Assembly (NCBI GenBank): GCA_943788915.1
Contig: CALSSD010000033.1
Location: 1 to 20,859, forward strand
From: an uncultured Acidimicrobiales bacterium
GTDB taxonomy: Bacteria; Actinomycetota; Acidimicrobiia; Acidimicrobiales; UBA10347
Direction: 5' to 3'
Length of the DNA stretch: 20,859 nt
Part shown: positions 9,742-16,832 of the stretch, piece by piece
How positions within the stretch are numbered: the stretch's first letter is position 1
Layout of the letters: each line of letters begins with the position of its first letter
Translations under genes and position numbers: made by a program
Notes under the pieces: model-generated
Seen by the model: the letters and a program-made list of their open reading frames with translations, nothing else
Databases searched by the model: none
Told to the model about the DNA's origin: nothing

Positions 9742-9776
9742 TACCTAAGTACTACTACTACCGTGCGATGCAACAT
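9741..9776 (-). CDS. ilvL: ilv operon leader peptide MLHRTVVVVLR (11 aa)
   Basis: ATG TTG CAT CGC ACG GTA GTA GTA GTA CTT AGG TAG: four tandem Val codons plus Leu, upstream of ilvB and followed by attenuator hairpins. Too short for the ORF track. Confidence 0.9.
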   Translation of the reverse strand: MLHRTVVVVLR

Positions 9777-10332
9777 GACCGACGCAGTATATGAAGAGGA
9801 ACGGGCGGGCGTCTACCCCGGCTCGTTTGATCCTCCAACCATCGCCCATCTAGGCATAGCCGTTATGGCGAAAAGAGCCGCGAATTTGACCCGCATTGAC
9901 CTGGTTGTTTCTCGCAACGCTCTCGCCAAAGAAGATGCTGACCATGCCCCGTTCGATGTGCGTATTGCCGTGATCGAAGCCAGCATTGCCCATGCACCGT
10001 GGCTGAACCTTGCTGTGACCGACAAACAACTCATCGTCGACATTGCCGAAGGTTACGACGCTGTCCTGATGGGAGCCGACAAGTTTGAACAGATCCAGGA
10101 TGTTCAGTTCTACACCGACGAAGCAGCTCGCGATACAGCTATCGCTGCATTACCGACGGTGATCGGCCCGAACCGACCTGGCTCACCCGACTTGCCTGAC
10201 ACCGCTGTTGTCCTGACACTGCCCGCCAAGCTGATGGAAGTCTCGTCCAGTGGCGCCCGTGACGGACGCTCCGAATGGATGACCCCGCCGGCCCGCAAGA
10301 CCGCGGCAGCGAACAACATCTGGGGTCTGTGA
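9775..10332 (+). CDS. Cytidylyltransferase-like nucleotidyltransferase, NadD/CoaD superfamily (closer to NadD-like)
   Basis: GVYPGSFDPPTIAH ((T/H)xGH-type motif), MGADK, EVSSS; lacks the CoaD RGLR motif. ATG 9775 preferred over GTG 9736, which would overlap the leader peptide. Confidence 0.75.
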   Translation: MTDAVYEEERAGVYPGSFDPPTIAHLGIAVMAKRAANLTRIDLVVSRNALAKEDADHAPFDVRIAVIEASIAHAPWLNLAVTDKQLIVDIAEGYDAVLMGADKFEQIQDVQFYTDEAARDTAIAALPTVIGPNRPGSPDLPDTAVVLTLPAKLMEVSSSGARDGRSEWMTPPARKTAAANNIWGL

Positions 10333-10364
10333 ATTGTTACGTCCCCTGGGGACGTAACAATTCA
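10330..10364. repeat. Perfect 35-bp palindrome between convergent genes (bidirectional terminator or REP-like element)
   Basis: tgaattgttacgtcccc-t-ggggacgtaacaattca: 17-bp arms around a single base; starts at the TGA stop of the upstream gene. Confidence 0.85.
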
Positions 10365-10408
10365 GGTCTCATCGTGCCTCCAGAACAACCGTGCCTACAG
10401 AACAACCA

Positions 10409-11163
10409 CTAGGCGAGTTCTGAGACAAACATTCGGCGCTCAAGACTCTCGAGCGGATTCGAGATCACACGTTCCCACGCCATTTCTGCTGCGCCTAGCA
10501 ACGGTGCGTGAGACCCGCACGCGCCGGCGACCACCGACAGGTCGCGACGGATCGCTGCGATCGAACGGGTATCGAGTTCGGCCTTCATGGTGTCGACCAT
10601 AAACGGCAGGGCCTCGCCGAGAAATCCCCCGAGCACCACAACATCGGGATCCAGCAGATTAATGACCCCGGCCAGACCAATACCCAGCCACCGGCCCTGT
10701 TCAGCCAACGCATCAATGACCGATGGTTTACCCGCGGCTGCATCGGCAAACAGTTCGGTGAGTGCCGCCCGGCCGCCATTAGGTGGCCGTCCGGCACGTC
10801 GAAGCAGTGACTCCTCACCAAGTTCGGTCTCCAAACAACCAATCGCCCCGCAGCCACACCGCTCCCCATCAAGGTTGATCGGGAGATGCCCGATCTCGCC
10901 CGCAAATCCTGAGGCACCTTGCATGAGCTGTCCTCCGGAAACGGTGCCTCCGCCGATACCGACCTCGCCCCATACACACAACACGCTGTCCAAGTTCAAG
11001 GCCGCGCCTCGTCGGGTCTCGGCCAGAGCAGCAAGGGCGGCTTCGTTTTCCACGACAACCGGCAAATCGAGCCCACATTCGACGAGCAGCATGCGCGGCA
11101 GCGGAAGGTTCTGCCATCCCACGTTGGGGGCCAACACAACCATCTGGTCACTCTGGCGCACGA
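10409..11163 (-). pseudogene. 5'-truncated ROK family protein (sugar kinase or NagC/XylR-like repressor)
   Basis: LVRQSDQMVVLAPNVGW, VENEAALAALAE, GIGGG, FAGEIGH, zinc motif CGCGAIGCLE, LLDPDVVVLGG, LLGAA. Homology ends near 11165; no N-terminal DxGGT strand or HTH. First in-frame ATG is at 11143 (244 aa). Confidence 0.75.
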
Positions 11164-11176
11164 GTATCTTGTAGGT

Positions 11177-12082
11177 GTGTCCAACTTGATCTCGGGCGCC
11201 CCGCGCTCTCTCGGCCAATTCGACGTCGGCCCGATTGCCTACGGCATGTGGCGCTTCGATAATAACGACATTTCTCATGCCCAGTCGCTTGTGGAAGCAG
11301 CTTTGGCTGCTGGCATGAATCTGATCGATACTGCCGATATTTACGGCTTCCAGAGCGTCGACGTAGGATTTGGCGAAGCCGAAGAAATCTTTGGTCGGGT
11401 ACTCGGGCAAGCGCCGCACCTTCGTGAACAGATGGTGCTGGCAACCAAAGGCGGGATCACTCCCCCTATGCCGTACAACTCCAGCGCCGAGTACCTACGC
11501 TCCGCTGTCGAGGCATCGCTCCGCCGCCTGCAGGTAGACGTGATCGACCTGTACCAAGTTCATCGCCCCGACATGTTCACCCATCCTGCCGAGGTCGCCG
11601 CCACGCTCACTGCGCTCCGCGACGAGGGCAAGATAAGCGAAGTCGGCGTGTCGAACTACACCCCCGATCAGTACGACGCGCTCGCCGCCCATCTTGATTT
11701 CCCGATGGCCACGACCCAACCTGAGTACTCGGTGCTCCAGCTCGGCCCGCTCCGCGATGGCACGTTCGATCGGGCCATGCGCGACGGCGTTACACCGCTG
11801 GCATGGAGCCCGTTAGGCGGTGGACGGATCTTCGCTGATGGTCCTGATGGTATGAACCCAGAACTCACCGCTGTCATCGACGGACTCGCCGAACGCGAAG
11901 GCGTCGACCGCACCGCCATTGCACTCGGATTCGTACTTGCCCACCCATCGGACCCAGTCGCCATCATCGGCACCCAGAAGACTGAACGGATCGCATCGAG
12001 TACCGCTGCGCTGTCCATCACGTTGGACCGCAACGATGTCTACGCCATCGTCCAAGCCTCCGAACGAGTTCCCCTCCCATGA
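11177..12082 (+). CDS. Aldo/keto reductase, probable 6-dehydroglucose (6-oxo-glucose) reductase of SquF/SmoB type
   Basis: AKR catalytic residues in DTADIYG, TKGG and QVHRPD; GVSN; AWSPLGGG; IAYGMWRF N-terminus. Stop overlaps the monooxygenase start (ATGA). GTG start at 11177 lies 6 nt after TATCTT. Confidence 0.85.
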   Translation: MSNLISGAPRSLGQFDVGPIAYGMWRFDNNDISHAQSLVEAALAAGMNLIDTADIYGFQSVDVGFGEAEEIFGRVLGQAPHLREQMVLATKGGITPPMPYNSSAEYLRSAVEASLRRLQVDVIDLYQVHRPDMFTHPAEVAATLTALRDEGKISEVGVSNYTPDQYDALAAHLDFPMATTQPEYSVLQLGPLRDGTFDRAMRDGVTPLAWSPLGGGRIFADGPDGMNPELTAVIDGLAEREGVDRTAIALGFVLAHPSDPVAIIGTQKTERIASSTAALSITLDRNDVYAIVQASERVPLP

Positions 12083-13131
12083 TCGAAGTCAGCTGGTTCT
12101 CCGCACTCTGCGACGACGACTACGAGTTCTTAGGTGTCCCCAACTTCGATCTGGCTAGCTCGTGGGAGCACTGTCGAGACATCACGCTGACTGCCGACCG
12201 CAATGGTTTTGACAACATCTTGTTGCCGTCTGGTTATTCGCTGGGCATCGACAGCACCGCATTTGCTGCTGGCATCGCACCTCATGTTGAACAGATCAGC
12301 CTGTTGCTCGCTGTGCGCATGGGAGAAATGTGGCTGCCGCAACTCGCTCGTCAGCTGGCAACCATCGATCAGATGCTCCAAGGGCGTCTGACCATCAACA
12401 TCATCAGCAGCGATATCCCTGGCGAAGCGCTTGAGTCGGCACCGCGTTATCAGCGCACGCTTGAGTGGATGCAGGTGTTGCGCCAGCTCCTCAACGGAGA
12501 GTCGATCGATTTCCACGGCGAGTTCGTGAACCTCGAACTCGACCCACCTCGGCTTGGCACGGTTTCAGGAGTCTGCCCACCGTTCTATTTTGGCGGCTTC
12601 TCTCCTGCTGCCAAAGAGACCGCTGCAGCGGCCGCCGACGTCTTTTTGACCTGGCCTGACACCGTCGCATCAGTCGGCGACACGATCACAGACATGACCG
12701 AACGGGCCGACCGCCACGAGCGCGAGCTCAAGTACGGCCTTCGTAGCCATGTGATCGTGCGAGAAACCGAAGCCGAAGCCCGTGCTGCTGCAGACCGGTT
12801 GATTAGCCAACTCGATCCCGACACCGGCGAGGCAATCCGGCAGAAGTCACTCGACACCGCTTCGGTCGGCGTGTCCCGCCAGTCGGCGCTGCGAGATAGC
12901 GCCGACGACGACGGCTACGCAGAAGACAACTTGTGGACGGGTGTGGGCAAGGCTCGTTCCGGCGCTGGCGCAGCGATCGTTGGCGACCCCGACCAGGTGG
13001 CCGCGAAACTCGCCGCCTACCAAGGCGTTGGTGTCGAAGCATTCATCCTGAGTGGTTATCCACACATCGCCGAATGTGACCTCTTCGCCGAACACGTGCT
13101 GCCCCAGCTCGACCACGGCAAGCTCTACTAA
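12079..13131 (+). CDS. LLM-class flavin-dependent monooxygenase, probable sulfoquinovose monooxygenase (SquD/SmoC-like)
   Basis: EVSWFSALCDDDYEFLGVP...SSWEHC, NIISSDIPGE, YFGGFS, YGLRSHVIVRETE, NLWTGVGKARSGAGAAIVG, FILSGYPH: SsuD-family fold with the N-terminal signature I recall from Agrobacterium SmoC and Novosphingobium SquD. Confidence 0.85.
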   Translation: MIEVSWFSALCDDDYEFLGVPNFDLASSWEHCRDITLTADRNGFDNILLPSGYSLGIDSTAFAAGIAPHVEQISLLLAVRMGEMWLPQLARQLATIDQMLQGRLTINIISSDIPGEALESAPRYQRTLEWMQVLRQLLNGESIDFHGEFVNLELDPPRLGTVSGVCPPFYFGGFSPAAKETAAAAADVFLTWPDTVASVGDTITDMTERADRHERELKYGLRSHVIVRETEAEARAAADRLISQLDPDTGEAIRQKSLDTASVGVSRQSALRDSADDDGYAEDNLWTGVGKARSGAGAAIVGDPDQVAAKLAAYQGVGVEAFILSGYPHIAECDLFAEHVLPQLDHGKLY

Positions 13132-13167
13132 CTCGGCGACAGTTCCCGCTTCGCCTTACGTTCACGT

Positions 13168-13200
13168 ACGAAGGACGTGCACTTGGTGCGCGTCCTTCGT
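13168..13200. terminator. Hairpin between the convergent monooxygenase and ketosynthase genes
   Basis: acgaaggacgtgcac-ttg-gtgcgcgtccttcgt: 15-bp stem with one U-G pair on the + strand. Confidence 0.7.
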
Positions 13201-13203
13201 TGC

Positions 13204-15045
13204 CTAGACGAAGGGGTTGGGGATATCGAGGTCGATCGGCAGACCAAAGCCGGGCAAACGAATCTCTTGGTCGGTGATCTCAATATCATCGCCGGTGAGG
13301 ACTCCCTCGCCGAACTGGTAGATGCTCTCGACAGTCTCGGTACACATTGTGTCGTCGTAGTCGTGCGCCGCGGCAGCGACCGCTTCGGCCCGGGATGCGT
13401 GGCCCGACATGGCGTTGGTCCCCCATCGTTGCGTCAGCATCTTGTGTGTCCACGCTGGTGACATCACGAGGCCGGTGGCATTGTTACCACCGAAGCCCTT
13501 GCTGTTGATGAACGCTGCTTGACGCTGTGACTCATCAAGTTCAGTGTGGTCCATAGCCAACGCCAGATTGTCGGTGGCGACATCGTCGGCGACATGATCG
13601 ATCGACCTGATGCCAGGAAGCCATCCGTCGTGCCAGGTTCCCAAGACCGCAGCGAGCTGGTCGCCACCAGCTGGCGCCATTGAATGGCCGACGTAGGACT
13701 TGATGGCGGCCACTGGCCAACGGTCGACCCCGAACGTGCCCGCTAGACGACTGAGGATATCCGACTCGGTCACCCGGTTCTGCGGTGTGCCCGTGCCATG
13801 GGCTTGCATGTGAGTCCCGTTGCGCAAACCATCTTCGCCCAGGATGCTTCGCGCCAGCCCCATTGCCTTACCCACGGTGATGTAGTTACCGACGCCAGGC
13901 CCTGGAATCGACTTCTTGAAACCATCGGCGTTCACAAAGACGCCGCCGACCGAACCCAGAATCTGGGCTCCAAGTTCCATAGCGAGTTCGTCGTCCATAA
14001 GCAGCGTGTAGACCCCTGACTCTGCCACGGTGAAACCTGCGTTGGCCGAGAATGGTCGGCACGAACGTCGGAGATCAGGAGCATCGCTGCCATCGAGGGC
14101 CATGATGGCTTCGTCTTCGGTCAACGCTCCCATGATCCGATAACCCTCGATCACTTCAGGGACGATCGGCGCCTCGGCATTGCCGACGAGCACGACCCGC
14201 TTGTCGCCCGATGCAATAGCTTCGGCACCCCGTTTGAGGTTGTACAGGAACGTGGCGCAAGCTCCGATAATGCCCGCGGCATCTCCGACTGAACCCAGCA
14301 CATAGGCATTGATGAAGTCGCCAGGCATCTCTGACAAACCAAGAGGCACGTTCTTTGAAGTTGGGCGCTTGCCTACCAGGCTGTTCTGGTACATGCCCCC
14401 ATAACCCTCGTTGTCGAGCTGGCCCATGGCGCTGCCCGAGTACACGGCGAACTGGTCAGGTTTGACCTTGGCCTTGAGCAGATCGAGGCCCAGGCCAGAA
14501 CTTCGCAACGCATCGGACGCCGCAAACACCGTGATCTGTAGACCACGTGGGTGGCTACGAGAGCCATACAACGCTCCAGGAGCGAAGCCGTCAGGGAGCT
14601 GACCGGCCGAGTTCACCTTGAGCGGCTGCGAGGTCTGGGTAAACAGGCGCGGATCGCCGGTCACCGTGACGTTCACCGTGCGATCGGGGCCGTCGGAGAC
14701 GTGCCAGTTCTCGGGAAGTACCTCGGGCAGATGCCTGGCACTCAGTTGGAATGTCAATCCATCGTGGCCATCGTCGTGGGGCACGGCGGTGTGCCACCGC
14801 ATCTGGTTCTCGTGATCCTCGTTCAATCCTCGGATCAGCGTGCCTGCAAGCATCGCTTTGCGGGCCTCAGGATCGTCAGCTTGGCCAGGCCGGCCCATGA
14901 GCGCTGCCAGGCTGGTGAACATGCGCGACGACGCTGTTTCTCCCAACGCTTCGACCACCATGCGCCGATAGCCATGATGGAACGACAGCCGTCCCGCTGG
15001 GTTGACCCCACCGAATCCGACGATGACAGGCAAGTGTGCGGGCAT
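13204..15045 (-). CDS. fabY: Beta-ketoacyl synthase, FabY (PA5174) type KAS I/II-domain initiation enzyme
   Basis: LPVIVGFGGVNPAGRLSFHHGYRRMV, SAGQLPDGF, HPRGLQ, DFINAYVLGSVG, catalytic GACATFLYNL, NADGFKKSI, AHGTGTPQNRVTES, KSYVGHS, FINSKGFGGNNA; 613 aa, collinear with Pseudomonas FabY as recalled. Confidence 0.88.
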   Translation of the reverse strand: MPAHLPVIVGFGGVNPAGRLSFHHGYRRMVVEALGETASSRMFTSLAALMGRPGQADDPEARKAMLAGTLIRGLNEDHENQMRWHTAVPHDDGHDGLTFQLSARHLPEVLPENWHVSDGPDRTVNVTVTGDPRLFTQTSQPLKVNSAGQLPDGFAPGALYGSRSHPRGLQITVFAASDALRSSGLGLDLLKAKVKPDQFAVYSGSAMGQLDNEGYGGMYQNSLVGKRPTSKNVPLGLSEMPGDFINAYVLGSVGDAAGIIGACATFLYNLKRGAEAIASGDKRVVLVGNAEAPIVPEVIEGYRIMGALTEDEAIMALDGSDAPDLRRSCRPFSANAGFTVAESGVYTLLMDDELAMELGAQILGSVGGVFVNADGFKKSIPGPGVGNYITVGKAMGLARSILGEDGLRNGTHMQAHGTGTPQNRVTESDILSRLAGTFGVDRWPVAAIKSYVGHSMAPAGGDQLAAVLGTWHDGWLPGIRSIDHVADDVATDNLALAMDHTELDESQRQAAFINSKGFGGNNATGLVMSPAWTHKMLTQRWGTNAMSGHASRAEAVAAAAHDYDDTMCTETVESIYQFGEGVLTGDDIEITDQEIRLPGFGLPIDLDIPNPFV

Positions 15046-15110
15046 GAGTTAGGCGCAGCCGTTCAGGTTCGAGGAGTGAGGCACAAGGAATGGATGAAGA
15101 CAGGACAAAT

Positions 15111-16766
15111 TCACGCTGGAATCATGATGGCGGTCGTTTCGGCAGCAACATTCACGATGCCACTCGCAATGTCTCCGTCCCCGCCTTGGGACGCAAACGC
15201 AACCTTCCAGCTGCTGTCACCCAGGTTGATGGCGAACGGTTTGGGCCCCAGGTTGGCGACGGTAAGCGTTGAACCACGTTGGATCACTGCGACGTCGTCG
15301 CGGCCACTTAGTACCAGCTTCAGCTCAGCAGCCCACAACTCCTTGAGCTGCTTGCGCAACGTTATGAGGCGGCGATAACGATGGAGTGGCGCTGCTGGGT
15401 TCGCGTGTTGGCCAGCCACGGTGAAATCTGGAGGACGTTCTTCGGACACGAGCCACGGCTGGGCGGTCGAGAATCCATTGAACCGGTCGCTATTCCACGC
15501 CATTGGGGTACGGCATACGTCGCGGCCTTCGACTGTGCTGTTGCGGGTTGAGACAGGATCAGCTCGGTTCTCAGGGGCAATCACGCCATTGGGCGATCCC
15601 AGTTCTTCGCCCTGGTACAAGTACGGCACACCACCGAGCGAGAACATCATCGTGGTCACCGCCATGGCCCGGTTCCGACCCACAGCGCCGTCGCCGAATC
15701 GGCTCGCTGGACGGGCCTGGTCATGGTTGCTGATAACCCATGACACTCCATCCGGCTCAATCGCCGCAAGTTCGGTGAGCTCTCGTACAAATGTCTCGGG
15801 TTCCCATCCAAGCCAGCCTGGCTTCAAGAAGAACGCGAGGTCTAGTGCGCCGTCGCCCACGTACCGGGCCAGGCGGTGCGGGTCGGTCACGCCGGTCTCC
15901 GCCAGCAGGCAAGCGTCGTACGGGCGGGCGACGTCTTGCCACCGGGTAAAGATCTCGAGGTTTCCATCTTGATCCATGTCGTAGGTGTGGTCGTAGCTGA
16001 AGAACGTCTCCAGCGGACCAGCCCCTTCGGGGATCTCTGAACGCAGTGGATTGTCGAGGAAATCAGGATGTTTCAGCAGCCCATGGGCCACGTCGATACG
16101 GAAACCGTCGACGCCACGATCGAACCAAAACGCATAGATAGCGTCGAACTCAGCTCGCACAGCAGGATTGCGCCAGTTCAGGTCTGGCTGCTCTGGAAGG
16201 AACAGGTGGCAGTAGTACTGGCCGCTGTTGTTATCGAGCGTCCACGCGCTGCCGCCAAAGTGACTGATCCAATTGTTCGGCGGGCTTCCATCAGCCTTGG
16301 GGTCGCGAAACAGGTAATAGTCGCGTTCGGGCGATGTTGGGTCGGCGATCGCTGTCTTAAACCACCGGTGCTCCGACGATGTGTGATTGGGCACAATGTC
16401 AAAGACGATCTTCATATCGAGCTGATGTGCACGCTCAATCATGGCATCGACATCCGCAAGGGAGCCGTGCTGTGGGTCGACGTCGCAGTAGAACGACACG
16501 TCGTAGCCATGATCATGTCCGGGCGATGGGTAGAACGGCGTGACCCAGACGATGTCGACCCCGAGCCACTTCAGATAATCGAGGCGTCCGGTGATGCCTG
16601 CGATATCACCGATGCCATCACCGTTGCTGTCGGCGAAGGACCGGACATAAACCTCGTAACCGACAGCTCCGTTGAGCCATTGTTTGGTTCCCATGTCACT
16701 GTCGGTGTCACTGTCGGTGTCACGGTCGGTGTCACGGTCGGTGCCCGACAGAATGATGTCACTCAT
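15111..16766 (-). CDS. GH13 alpha-glucosidase / oligo-1,6-glucosidase family protein
   Basis: YEVYVRSFADSNGDGIGD, DHGYDVS, DIVPNHTS, PPNNWISHFGGSAW, EQPDLNW, catalytic GFRIDVAH / LAET / SNHD, YLYQGEELG, GRDVCRTPM. Alternative start ATG at 16694. Confidence 0.93.
   Translation of the reverse strand: MSDIILSGTDRDTDRDTDSDTDSDMGTKQWLNGAVGYEVYVRSFADSNGDGIGDIAGITGRLDYLKWLGVDIVWVTPFYPSPGHDHGYDVSFYCDVDPQHGSLADVDAMIERAHQLDMKIVFDIVPNHTSSEHRWFKTAIADPTSPERDYYLFRDPKADGSPPNNWISHFGGSAWTLDNNSGQYYCHLFLPEQPDLNWRNPAVRAEFDAIYAFWFDRGVDGFRIDVAHGLLKHPDFLDNPLRSEIPEGAGPLETFFSYDHTYDMDQDGNLEIFTRWQDVARPYDACLLAETGVTDPHRLARYVGDGALDLAFFLKPGWLGWEPETFVRELTELAAIEPDGVSWVISNHDQARPASRFGDGAVGRNRAMAVTTMMFSLGGVPYLYQGEELGSPNGVIAPENRADPVSTRNSTVEGRDVCRTPMAWNSDRFNGFSTAQPWLVSEERPPDFTVAGQHANPAAPLHRYRRLITLRKQLKELWAAELKLVLSGRDDVAVIQRGSTLTVANLGPKPFAINLGDSSWKVAFASQGGDGDIASGIVNVAAETTAIMIPA
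16694..16743. repeat. In-frame 12-bp tandem repeat x4 in the 5' end of the GH13 gene
   Basis: tgtcactgtcgg x2 plus tgtcacggtcgg x2; encodes TDRD-TDRD-TDSD-TDSD on the minus strand. Confidence 0.92.
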
Positions 16767-16832
16767 ATCCAGGCAACACTACCCCTCAGCAATGAACTCA
16801 TCTGATATCTCTCCACGAACCAGAATGGCTTG

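Noticed and set aside
9736..9774. MRYLSTTTTVRCN N-terminal extension and the (ACT)n microsatellite
   Set aside because: It is the reverse complement of the GTA Val codons of the ilv leader, not a separate repeat or a likely protein extension.
10919..11419. Apparent 500-bp antiparallel overlap between the ROK ORF (to 11419) and the AKR ORF (from 10919)
   Set aside because: Both extensions are non-homologous open-frame run-ons; ROK similarity ends near 11165 and the AKR starts at 11177.
16767..16832. SOS regulation of the DinF-like MATE gene near lexA
   Set aside because: No GAAC-N4-GTTC box upstream (only a GAAC half site).
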